A DNA stretch of 64,000 bases from an uncultured candidatus Porisulfidus sp. (GCA_965204575.1 OZ241993.1:672001-736000), one strand, 5' to 3'. Numbered from the stretch's first letter, positions 32,240 to 41,690 are shown. Program-made: numbers and translations. Notes: generated by a model not told the origin, from the sequence alone.

Positions 32240-33970
32240 ATGTCCGGCTCTATCCGTTGGTATCAAGAAAATTCGGGGCATGCCGCGAAACGGTACGAAA
32301 TGGCTGCTGCGGGAGACATTCATGGTTGGCTGACAAGGTTTTTGCCGGAAAGTCCCGCGCGGGTTCTGGATATCGGCGCGGGTAGCGGACGGGATGCAGC
32401 CTGGTTGGCCGGACTGGGTCACCGAGTGGTGGCGGTGGAGCCTTCTTCGGCGATGCGGAAGGAAGCAAGGAGGCGACACCCCGAGCCGAAGATTCGATGG
32501 ATGAACGACCGCCTGCCTAGTCTGGGCCAGGTTTCCCGACAGGAGCCATTCGACCTGATTTTGCTCAGCGCAGTGTGGATGCATGTGGCGGAATCCGACC
32601 GCAAGCGGGCATTCCGGAAAGTTATCAACCTCCTCAAGCCGGGCGGGACTCTCGCCATTACGCTGCGTCACGGCCCTCCGGACCTAGAACGAGGGATCCA
32701 TGCTATATCCGAGGAGGAACTGAAAGACTTGGCCCGCGACCATGGAGCCTTCGTGGCGTACCGGGGCGAGAGCGGAGATTGCCTAGGACGGAAAGGTATC
32801 CGCTGGATTCAAGTCGCGATCCGGTTTCCGGACGACGACACTGGTGAGCTTCCGCTTTTGCGCCACATCATTCTCCAGCAGAGCAAGAGCGCGACTCACA
32901 AGCTGGGTCTGCTGCGCACGTTGTGCCGGATCGCGGACGGTGCGCCGGGTAGCGCCCGAGCCAATAACGACGGCAGCGTCAGCATCCCGATGGGCTTAGT
33001 GGCTCTGACTTGGCTTCGGCTGTACAAGCCGCTGCTGAACAAGAGACTTCCTCAGCGCCCATTCGGTGGTCGGAAACCTCCGGGCCTAGGCTTCGTGAAG
33101 GCTGCCTACCGGGAGATCGAGTCGCTGTCGCACCTCGACCTGCGGATGGGCATGCGTTTTGGCGGGAGACAGGGGTCCGTCCTGCATCAGGCGATCCGAG
33201 ATGCAGCGAACAACATCAGGGACATGCCGATCAAGCACATGACCTATCCGGGCGGGGAGCAGAAACCGATACTTCGGGTTTCCCCCGGCGCACGAACGCG
33301 CAGGACGGGCGAGGTCCTGCTCGACGAAGACTACCTGTTCGGTTTTGGTGAGGTCCGAGTTCCGGAAGCCCTGTGGCAGGCCCTGCGCAAGCATGCGTTG
33401 TGGGTGGAGCCGGTAGTAATCTCGGAGTGGACCGAAATGATGCGGGTATATACACGAAGGCAGGAAAAGGCGGTCGACGAGAGCGAACTCAGGGACGCCA
33501 TGGTCTGGGCAGACCCGGAGCGGGACGTGCGGGATTCCCGCGAGCGGGCGAAACGCCTCCTTGAGAATCGGGAACTGTACTGCGTCTGGAGCGGAAAGCG
33601 CCTCAGAACGGCATGGGACATTGACCACTGCCTGCCGTGGTCGGTATGGTCGTGCGGCGACCTGTGGAACCTGATGCCGGCGAATCGCGACGTAAACCAG
33701 AACAAGAAGAAAGACCTCCTGCCCAGCGAACCCGTCATGGACGAGGCCCACGACCGAATCCTGGACTGGTGGGATCGCGCCTATTTCCGGGACGATTCCC
33801 CCATGAAAGAAAGATTCTTAGTGCAGGCGGTCTCAAGCCTTCCGGGCATCCGGCGGGAAGAACGTTCTCTCGATCTTGAGGAGATCTTCGAATCGGTCTG
33901 CCTGCAGCGGGCGAAGCTCAGACGTGACCAGCGGGCGCCGGAATGGGTTGGATTGATTGAAGACATTTAA
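32240..33970 (+). CDS. Class I SAM-dependent methyltransferase fused to a C-terminal HNH endonuclease
   Basis: VLDIGAGSGRDA, LSAVWMH; C-terminal CVWSG..DIDHCLPWS....LWNLMPA...VNQNKKD. Confidence 0.85.
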   Translation: MSGSIRWYQENSGHAAKRYEMAAAGDIHGWLTRFLPESPARVLDIGAGSGRDAAWLAGLGHRVVAVEPSSAMRKEARRRHPEPKIRWMNDRLPSLGQVSRQEPFDLILLSAVWMHVAESDRKRAFRKVINLLKPGGTLAITLRHGPPDLERGIHAISEEELKDLARDHGAFVAYRGESGDCLGRKGIRWIQVAIRFPDDDTGELPLLRHIILQQSKSATHKLGLLRTLCRIADGAPGSARANNDGSVSIPMGLVALTWLRLYKPLLNKRLPQRPFGGRKPPGLGFVKAAYREIESLSHLDLRMGMRFGGRQGSVLHQAIRDAANNIRDMPIKHMTYPGGEQKPILRVSPGARTRRTGEVLLDEDYLFGFGEVRVPEALWQALRKHALWVEPVVISEWTEMMRVYTRRQEKAVDESELRDAMVWADPERDVRDSRERAKRLLENRELYCVWSGKRLRTAWDIDHCLPWSVWSCGDLWNLMPANRDVNQNKKKDLLPSEPVMDEAHDRILDWWDRAYFRDDSPMKERFLVQAVSSLPGIRREERSLDLEEIFESVCLQRAKLRRDQRAPEWVGLIEDI

Positions 33971-34326
33971 ACAACGCCCCCCTCCCGATAGGGTTTTCCA
34001 TGCAAGGTTCGTTTGCCTGGTAAATTCCACAGGCTTTTGAAGGGTGGCGGCTAGCAGGCCGACAGGCCGGAATTCCAGCATTATGGCGGCTCAATGGATG
34101 TTTTTAGCGGTAGTGATTTCTGCAGTGCGGTGGATTGCTGCTTTCCGGACAAAGGAGCCAGACAAATTCGTGCGATAATTCTTTGCCCAGAAACAATAAA
34201 ATTGAAATATTGTTAATCAGGTTCCCGGCAATATGAAAATTTATATTATTTATCAATATTTTGCGGAGATCTCGATTTGCATCTAAATCTAAATTCGGGC
34301 TGTGAACAATATTTAGAAATCATGTG

Positions 34327-35451
34327 ATGCGTTCATACCAAAGTTTGATTGACCGGCCTAACTCCGCGCCTCTAGAATGGCAGGAGTCTTGCACACATAG
34401 CGAGTCGACGTTACACCAACTTTCACCATATATTGGGAAATTGAAAAGTTCCATCGCTCGTGACCTAGTTTCAGAGTATTCGAGAAGAGGAGAAATAGTT
34501 GCAGATGTTTTTTGCGGCAGTGGCACAATTCCGCTTGAATGTGTTCAGATGGGACGGCGAATCTTTGCGTCAGATGCTAGCCCTTATGCGATAACTCTTA
34601 CTAGAGGAAAACTGAATGCTCCTTGTGATCTCGAAGAGGCAAATAAAGCGTTGGATAAAGCGCTAAAAGCCGCACAATCATGCCAAATAGATCTTCGCCG
34701 GGTTCCAGGTTGGGTGCGTAGTTTCTATCACCCTAAAACACTCAAAGAGATTTTAGGGTTACTCACAGTACTGCATAAGCGCAAAGATTATTTTCTCCTG
34801 TCTTGTTTGCTGGGCATTTTGCACCATCAACGCCCAGGATTCCTGTCTTTTCCGAGCAGCCACCTTGTTCCCTATCTTCGCTCAAAAAAATTTCCGCAAG
34901 ACGATCATCCTGAGATGTATGAGTATCGAAGTGTCCAACCGCGTATTAAAGCGAAAGTTGCACGAGCTCTTAAACGACGCAAAAAAATAGATACTAGTCT
35001 AGTCGTTGGAATTCGCCGATCGACAATTGAATTTTTGACCTCGCCTCGTACGGTAGATTGCTTTATTACAAGTCCGCCCTACATGAATGCGCTTGATTAT
35101 GGGCGTGACAACCGCCTGCGAAATTGGTTTTTATCGGGAAGCACCCAGGAACACATTGATACGCGATTGGCTAGCGATGCAGATTTTCGTCGCATGATGT
35201 CGTCCTATGCGCGAATACTTACAAAGACCTTAGTTAAAGGTGGACGGTGTGTGTTTGTGGTGGGTGAAAGGGCAAAACGGAATGGGAAACGATCCCCATC
35301 AGAAGCGCTCTCAGAAGTTCTAGAGAAATTTGCACCAAATTTAAGAATTAAGGAAATCATTAATGATCAAATCCCTGATATTCGTCGCTCGCGGCGTAAT
35401 TTTTCTGGCGTGAAAATGGAGCATATCCTCGTTTACGAACGTCATTGCTAG
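34327..35451 (+). CDS. DNA amino-methyltransferase (alpha-class order, probably N4-cytosine)
   Basis: LHQLSPYIGK, motif I DVFCGSGT near the N-terminus, motif IV ITSPPY near the C-terminus; AT-rich. Confidence 0.88.
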   Translation: MRSYQSLIDRPNSAPLEWQESCTHSESTLHQLSPYIGKLKSSIARDLVSEYSRRGEIVADVFCGSGTIPLECVQMGRRIFASDASPYAITLTRGKLNAPCDLEEANKALDKALKAAQSCQIDLRRVPGWVRSFYHPKTLKEILGLLTVLHKRKDYFLLSCLLGILHHQRPGFLSFPSSHLVPYLRSKKFPQDDHPEMYEYRSVQPRIKAKVARALKRRKKIDTSLVVGIRRSTIEFLTSPRTVDCFITSPPYMNALDYGRDNRLRNWFLSGSTQEHIDTRLASDADFRRMMSSYARILTKTLVKGGRCVFVVGERAKRNGKRSPSEALSEVLEKFAPNLRIKEIINDQIPDIRRSRRNFSGVKMEHILVYERHC

Positions 35452-35452
35452 C

Positions 35453-37942
35453 ATGCGCAAATACATGCCTGATTCTCAGCACTTTTTAGGCCAAGTTTTG
35501 CCTGAATTCCCAGATCATGAAATTGTCGATCTGATTGGTTCTGGTTTCAATGGGCATGTATATCGAGCACATGCACCAAATATCAAAGGTGATTTAGCTT
35601 TCAAATTCGTGCCAACAGAAAACCTTCCCTCGGATCCCGAACAGCGTAATACTTACTTGACCGAGGCTAGAAAGGCTAATCTATTGGAAAATGAAAATGT
35701 TGTTCGGTGCATAAGTGTGCTTCCGTGGGAGGACAAAGCCTTAAATAGGACTTTTGTTGTGTTTATCCTTCCTTATGTGCCGGGCAAGTCGCTAGCAGAG
35801 TACATAAAGAACAACCGAAAAAACATCAGTATTGCATTTGTTGAAAACTTCCTTCTAACAATGTTCAACTTGCTTCACGAGCTTGGTCTGCGCAACATGG
35901 AACACAATGACCTGCATTCTGGGAATGTGCTTGTTTCTCAATCTCAATATGATCTGAGTGGCAAAACGACATTTCGAATCACGGATTTTGGTGTTGCAGA
36001 GGTGACAGAGACTCACCATCCTAACGACTATTTGTCCGTCGCGAGGATGCTAAAAGACCTACTAGGGAACATTGACTACCAAGAGCAACAATCACGTGAT
36101 CGTTATGTATATGAAATATTGCGAACTGACTTCTTAGGACGACACCTGATTGAAACGGACCCATTGGCTGATTCATTAGCGAGGAATGCGAGGGGACTAG
36201 CTGAAAAGCTAAACTCCATAGATGATGATTTTCGTGAAGCTAATAGAGAGCATACAGTCACTCAAATGGAAACACCATTTGACTATCCGAATTGTGAACA
36301 GATGGGCAATTCTCATCTACTACTAAAAAATTTGTATTCGGACCAATTGCTAGGGCTAGATAAGATTCGCGAGCGATCAAATCTCGTACTTACCGGACCA
36401 CGAGGCTGTGGCAAAACGACGGTTTTTCGAGCGTTGAGTTTAGACTATAAAACCTCTACGGATGAAGACCATCCTTCTGAAATCCAGTTCATAGGTGTTT
36501 ATTATCGTTGTGACGACTTGTATTTTTCATTTCCACGCTACGAATTGCCAGCAAGACAAGAAGCTATTGACATCCCGATGCATTTTGTCGTTGCCACCCT
36601 TATGGCAGAGACTTTACAGCATTTGAGCAGTTGGGGGAGGAAGTTTTTTGCAGAAGAATTTCAACAAAAAGAGCCAATTGCGGCTAAAAAATTGTGGGGA
36701 ATAATTGGACTTAACCAACCCATGGACCCATCCGCCGGACAGTTTGCGTTATTGGTTAATAGCCTTATAAAGCAACGGAAGCGTGCAGCCAACAAACAAC
36801 GTGTTTGTCATGACCCCTCTCATCCAATCAAAAACTACGTGGGGCCAGAGGCGCTATTTAAATTCTGTTCGGCACTCAGATCCACATTTTCCTTTTTAAG
36901 CGATCGTCCTTTTTTCTACTTTATTGACGACTATTCGATGCCGAAGATTACATCAAACTTGCAACAAAATTTAAACAGACTATTTATGCATCGAGATGCT
37001 GACGTGTTTTTCAAACTGTCTACAGAAAGCCCCGTTTCATTCGAACGAGGCGATATAGACGAAAAACAGTATGTAGAAGAGCGTGAATACGATCTGCTGA
37101 ATTTGGGATTGCGCTATCTTGCAAGTGATGGAAAACAAGTACAGACATTTCTTACTGATCTCTTTCAGCGCCGTTTTCACGCTGCTAGAAATTTTCCATG
37201 CGATTCGCTTGCTGAATTGCTTGGGGATAACCCTAGAAATGAAAATGATAATGCAAGAAAAATCAGAGAGAAAAAAAGGCATAACACATACTGGGGAGTT
37301 CAGACAGTCACCGCGATGTGTAGCGGCGACATTCATTACATGATTCGACTTGTCGGAAAGATGGTCGAAGATGCAGGCGATCTTGATTCGCGCAAAGAAA
37401 TCCCTCGTATACTATCGGACCGACAGTCTGAAACAATTCGAAAAGCAGCAGGTGAGTTTATGGAGTCTGTCCGAAACTTGCCGCGTCATGGAGAAAAACT
37501 AGCGCGAATAATTACTGCACTGGGAAAAGTAGCTAGTTCGTATTTACGTTATCGCAATGCACGTAATGTGACAGGGAGCCCGCCGCATCAAGCGTCGAGA
37601 ATTGAACCATATGGCCCTTTAAAGTTATCGGATGATGCCCAAAACCTATTGAACGACTTAATCCGATTTTCTATCCTAATGATGGATCCTCGTGGAAAGA
37701 GTCGCCGTGGAGACGTTGTTCCCCGACTGTATCTCAGACGTTATCTATTGCCACATTTCAATCTCACATTCAGTAAGAGAGATTCCCTTCAACTAGAAAA
37801 TACTGAGATCGAATTGCTCCTAACTGACCCAGATCTTTTTGAAAGACGAAAATGTATTAGAAGTGCTCGTGATTCAAAGGCAAAAGAGCAACAAAGCCGA
37901 AGTCAGGAAAATTTATTTGATGAGAATAGTAATGGAACGTGA
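35453..37942 (+). CDS. Ser/Thr protein kinase fused to a P-loop ATPase (ORC/CDC6/STAND-like)
   Basis: GSGFNGHVY, AFK, HNDLHSGN, DFG; then Walker A GPRGCGKT and Walker B FYFIDDY. Confidence 0.85.
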   Translation: MRKYMPDSQHFLGQVLPEFPDHEIVDLIGSGFNGHVYRAHAPNIKGDLAFKFVPTENLPSDPEQRNTYLTEARKANLLENENVVRCISVLPWEDKALNRTFVVFILPYVPGKSLAEYIKNNRKNISIAFVENFLLTMFNLLHELGLRNMEHNDLHSGNVLVSQSQYDLSGKTTFRITDFGVAEVTETHHPNDYLSVARMLKDLLGNIDYQEQQSRDRYVYEILRTDFLGRHLIETDPLADSLARNARGLAEKLNSIDDDFREANREHTVTQMETPFDYPNCEQMGNSHLLLKNLYSDQLLGLDKIRERSNLVLTGPRGCGKTTVFRALSLDYKTSTDEDHPSEIQFIGVYYRCDDLYFSFPRYELPARQEAIDIPMHFVVATLMAETLQHLSSWGRKFFAEEFQQKEPIAAKKLWGIIGLNQPMDPSAGQFALLVNSLIKQRKRAANKQRVCHDPSHPIKNYVGPEALFKFCSALRSTFSFLSDRPFFYFIDDYSMPKITSNLQQNLNRLFMHRDADVFFKLSTESPVSFERGDIDEKQYVEEREYDLLNLGLRYLASDGKQVQTFLTDLFQRRFHAARNFPCDSLAELLGDNPRNENDNARKIREKKRHNTYWGVQTVTAMCSGDIHYMIRLVGKMVEDAGDLDSRKEIPRILSDRQSETIRKAAGEFMESVRNLPRHGEKLARIITALGKVASSYLRYRNARNVTGSPPHQASRIEPYGPLKLSDDAQNLLNDLIRFSILMMDPRGKSRRGDVVPRLYLRRYLLPHFNLTFSKRDSLQLENTEIELLLTDPDLFERRKCIRSARDSKAKEQQSRSQENLFDENSNGT

Positions 37943-38996
37943 GGCCATGCTAGAAAAATTGCTCAGACCTGATGAGCAGTTGTCCGCAATTGATTGGCCC
38001 GAACTGATGCCTATCGATAACTTTTCTCTTGGTCCTACAGACTGCCTTGTCGTTGGGATGGGTTTCGAAGAAAGAGCATTGGCTGCACTGAAACAGGCAT
38101 GCCAAACATCAAAAGATTTTCACGTTGTATTAATCCGCTATTTGCCTGAAATCCGGCAAAACAAAGAGGCAGAATGTCTGGATCTTTGTAGAGCTAGTAA
38201 CCTTAATGTCACTCAATTTGAGTATAACCGTGAGCAGCCTTCGGGTATGGGTGTGTCTCTAGCAGATTACGTGTCGAGTTTCGAGCGAATTTTCTTGGAC
38301 ATTTCGGGGATGTCACGCCTGTTGATCGTTCAAGCTATTGTGGCTCTGATTGAGAGTGGTAGAAAATTTCATATCTTGTATACGGAAGCGCAAGTTTATC
38401 CACCGCTCCGAGAAGAGTACGAAAAAGAGCGCGAAAAGGCGAGTGTGGCAGACAACGCGAGCCTTTCATTTATTTCTAGTGGAATTTTTGAGATTGTTTC
38501 AACTCCAGAATTGAGCTCAGCTTTCATGCTAGGAGGGGCTATCCGTCTTATTTCATTTCCATCATTTGATCCTAGCCAATTATCAAATCTTGTCCAAGAG
38601 GTTCAACCCACTCACAACGATGTTGTCCATGGAACGCCTCCGCACGAAGAGATGGTTTGGCGCACAAATGCGATTAGTCAATTGAACGGGTCAACAATGA
38701 AAGCATTGCAACGTGCAGAAAGTCATAAAGCCAGCACTTTAGATTATCGAGAGACGCTCAATCTAATCTTAGACTTGTATCATCGGCACTCGATGTTTGA
38801 TCGTTTCGTGATTGCGCCGACTGGCAGCAAAATGCAGGCTATCGCTATTGGCATTTTACGTGGAGTGCTAGCAGATATCCAGATCGTTTATCCAACACCT
38901 TTACAATTTGTCGAGCCGGATCGCTATACTGAAGGAGTGAAACAGATTTTTCACCTTGCCGTGGATTGTGTGGAAGTTTATCCCGTCCAAGATTAA
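37932..38996 (+). CDS. Hypothetical protein, putative tandem CARF-like Rossmann folds
   Basis: Two half-repeats (VVGMGFEER...FLDISGMSR...ILY and ISFPSFDP...VIAPTGSK...IVY); start overlaps the kinase stop. Confidence 0.6.
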   Translation: MEREAMLEKLLRPDEQLSAIDWPELMPIDNFSLGPTDCLVVGMGFEERALAALKQACQTSKDFHVVLIRYLPEIRQNKEAECLDLCRASNLNVTQFEYNREQPSGMGVSLADYVSSFERIFLDISGMSRLLIVQAIVALIESGRKFHILYTEAQVYPPLREEYEKEREKASVADNASLSFISSGIFEIVSTPELSSAFMLGGAIRLISFPSFDPSQLSNLVQEVQPTHNDVVHGTPPHEEMVWRTNAISQLNGSTMKALQRAESHKASTLDYRETLNLILDLYHRHSMFDRFVIAPTGSKMQAIAIGILRGVLADIQIVYPTPLQFVEPDRYTEGVKQIFHLAVDCVEVYPVQD

Positions 38997-39073
38997 TATT
39001 CATATTGAAATATTTTTTTAGATGCTCTAAATCTGGGGATTACCCTAAATCTCTAGTCTTCTGATTTTGCTTT

Positions 39074-39568
39074 ATGCGCCAACTGATCCTCGTCCGCCAC
39101 GCAAAATCCGATCGCAGCGATTGGAGTGTTCCGGATGTTGAGCGCCCGCTTGCTCCAAGGGGGGAACGGGATGCCCCGGAAATGGGGCGGCGGCTGGCGG
39201 ACCGCCAGAAGGATATCGATGCTTTGTACAGTTCGCCCGCCCGCCGGGCACTCGACACTGCGGAACATTTCGCTTCGGCGCTGGGCATGGACGCGGCGGA
39301 CATCCGCTTGCGGAAAGGCTTCTACACATTTTCGCCCAACGACATGCTTCGGGAGTTGCGCGAACTGGACGATGCTGCTGACCGGGTCGTGGTTTTCAGC
39401 CACAATCCCGCGACCAGCGGAGTTGCCGCTTACTTGGCCAACGAGGTCTTGGGAGACCTTCCGACCTGCGCGGTGGTTCGGCTGGATGTAGATTGCGACT
39501 CTTGGCGGGACCTGGGCCCTGCTGTCTGCACCCTGCGCGAGGTTGACACTCCGAAAAACCCGGCTTGA
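39074..39568 (+). CDS. sixA: Phosphohistidine phosphatase SixA family
   Basis: LILVRHAKS, RPL..RG, SSPARRA, SHNP. Confidence 0.88.
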   Translation: MRQLILVRHAKSDRSDWSVPDVERPLAPRGERDAPEMGRRLADRQKDIDALYSSPARRALDTAEHFASALGMDAADIRLRKGFYTFSPNDMLRELRELDDAADRVVVFSHNPATSGVAAYLANEVLGDLPTCAVVRLDVDCDSWRDLGPAVCTLREVDTPKNPA

Positions 39569-39585
39569 CGGGTGATCCGATTTGA

Positions 39586-41367
39586 TCAGGGATTGATCCC
39601 GTCCACGTGCTGTTGCAGCCAGCATTCCAACGCTGCTGCATGCCATAGGAGGCTGCCGTCCAGCGCAGTTCGATAGCGCAGGGGATCCCGAAGCAGCCGG
39701 TCCAGATACTCTCCCCTGAACAGCCCACGATTCCGGCATTCGGGCAGATTCAAGGTTTCCCGCGCCCAGTCCAGGAAAGGCCCCTGCACGTACTTGAGGG
39801 CCGGAACCGGGAAATACCCTTTTGGCCGGTCGATCACCTCCGCCGGCAGCCGCGACCGGGCCAAGGCACGCAACGGGTACTTGCCGCCGTCGCGCAGCTT
39901 CAGTTCTGCCGGCATCCCGGCGACGCATTCCACCAATTGATGGTCGAGATACGGCACGCGCGCTTCAAGCCCCCACGCCATGGTCATGTTGTCGACCCGC
40001 TTGACCGGATCATCGGTGATCAGCATGGTCGCGTCCATGCGCAGCACGGCATTCAGGAATTCGACGTCCTCGCTGCATTCCAGCCGTTCGGCGAGCAATG
40101 CCCGGGTATGATCCTCGCCGACCCATTCCGGCACCAGCGCCTCACCGAACTCATCGTGGGTACGGTCAAGGTAATGGCGGCAGAAAGCATCCAGTCCGTC
40201 CGCCTGTTCCTCGTGCATTTTCGGGTACCAGGAATAGCCTGCGAACACTTCATCTGCGCCTTGCCCGCTCTGCACGACCGAGATGTCTGGCTTGACCTGT
40301 TCGGCCAGCAGGAAGAACGCCGCCGCGTCCTGCGCCACCATGGGTTCGCTCATGCAGCCGATGGCCTCGTCCAAGCGGCCCAGCAGTTGATCGTTGCGGA
40401 TGAAGTAACGGTGATGTTCGGTGGCATAGTGCCGGGCAACCGCATCCGAGTAGTCGAATTCATGCCCGGCTTCTCCGCCTGCGTCCTCGAAGCCGATGCT
40501 GTAAGTGCGGATGGGTGAGGAGCCATGCTCGGCCAGCAGGGCCACCAGCAGGCTGGAGTCCAGGCCGCCGGACAGAAGCACGCCGACCGGGATGTCGGAG
40601 ATCTCCACCCGCTTGCGCACGGCCTCCCGAAGTTCGACATGCACCTGCTCCACCCATTCCTCCGTGCTGCGAGCGGGATCCGGGTTGCGTGCATCCAGTT
40701 GCCAGTAACCCCTCTCTTTCATCGTGCCGTCCGCATCGACCATCAGGCAGTGGCCCGGCGCGAGCTTGCGGATGGAGCGCAGCAGGGTACGGGGTGCCGG
40801 GACGACCGCGTGCAGGCTCAGGTGATGGTGCAGGGCGACCTCGTCGAGCGCAAGATCGACGTCCCCGGTGGCAAGCAACGCCTGTACATTGGAGGCGAAG
40901 CGGAACACATCGGGGCTCTGGTGGTAATAAAGCGGCTTGATGCCCAGCCGGTCCCGGGCCAGGAACAGTTGCTCTGCATCCGGATCCCATAGGGCGAAGG
41001 CGAACATGCCGTGCAAGCGCCCGACGCAGTCTTCGCCCCACTCGGCGTAGGCTTTCAGAATGACCTCGCTGTCCCCCGTCGTCTGGAAACGGTGGCCGCG
41101 CTCTTTGAGCAGCGTTCGCAGTTGCGGGTAGTTGTAGATGCACCCGTTGAACACCAGGATTCGCCCGGAATCGGGATCCAGAAGCGGTTGATGCGCGCGG
41201 GGATTCAGGTCGATGACCGACAGGCGTCGGTGTCCCAGGGCGATCGGGCCCTGATGCCACTGGCCTTCGTGATCGGGTCCACGCCGGGCCAGGGGCCCAA
41301 GCATGCGGGTGATTCGGGCGGGGTCGGCCGGCCCTCTAAAATGCCTTTCTCCCGCAATTCCACACAC
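39586..41367 (-). CDS. Asparagine-synthase-family amidotransferase (N-acetylglutaminylglutamine amidotransferase-like)
   Basis: (M)CGIAGE Ntn start at GTG 41367, RGPD, LSGGLDSS, SGQGADE, DDPVKRVDNMTMAWGLEARVP, KGYFPVPALK. Confidence 0.85.
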   Translation of the reverse strand: MCGIAGERHFRGPADPARITRMLGPLARRGPDHEGQWHQGPIALGHRRLSVIDLNPRAHQPLLDPDSGRILVFNGCIYNYPQLRTLLKERGHRFQTTGDSEVILKAYAEWGEDCVGRLHGMFAFALWDPDAEQLFLARDRLGIKPLYYHQSPDVFRFASNVQALLATGDVDLALDEVALHHHLSLHAVVPAPRTLLRSIRKLAPGHCLMVDADGTMKERGYWQLDARNPDPARSTEEWVEQVHVELREAVRKRVEISDIPVGVLLSGGLDSSLLVALLAEHGSSPIRTYSIGFEDAGGEAGHEFDYSDAVARHYATEHHRYFIRNDQLLGRLDEAIGCMSEPMVAQDAAAFFLLAEQVKPDISVVQSGQGADEVFAGYSWYPKMHEEQADGLDAFCRHYLDRTHDEFGEALVPEWVGEDHTRALLAERLECSEDVEFLNAVLRMDATMLITDDPVKRVDNMTMAWGLEARVPYLDHQLVECVAGMPAELKLRDGGKYPLRALARSRLPAEVIDRPKGYFPVPALKYVQGPFLDWARETLNLPECRNRGLFRGEYLDRLLRDPLRYRTALDGSLLWHAAALECWLQQHVDGINP

Positions 41368-41422
41368 AATACAAGTATAGTAAAGCCTTTTTCTGGAACT
41401 CTTTTTATATGAAGGCCGCCTG

Positions 41423-41690
41423 TAACGCAAGTTACTCTCCAGACCGTGTTGGGGGCGGCCAGATTGCAGTTTTATATTCGACCTGTTGATGCGGGTCCCG
41501 CCGAAGCTTCGCCCACTGGCCCTGATGGAATCTGCCGACCCGGTCCTCATTTCCAAAACGAGCTCGTAGCTCAAAGAGACTGCCAGGCTGACGGGTCGTC
41601 AGGTCTGGTCCTGCTTGCCATCACAATCGGGAATGCCTTGCGCAACCTGTTTCGTGCCACCTCCTCTGGTGAAGTCAGTGTCGGGAGCCG
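41423..41690 (-). ncRNA. Putative bridge/seek RNA in the IS1111 downstream non-coding region
   Basis: Structured region with segments matching the reconstructed target (TTGGAAA, CTCTTT) and the circle junction (ATATAAAA); boundaries approximate. Confidence 0.65.

Noticed and set aside
34327-38996. Calling the cassette BREX/Pgl or DISARM
   Set aside because: No PglZ, BrxC-size ATPase or helicase, and the MTase is far smaller than PglX.
41368-41574. N-terminal extension of the amidotransferase in the ORF track
   Set aside because: Ntn amidotransferases need Cys at position 2, and the extension runs into the IS end.
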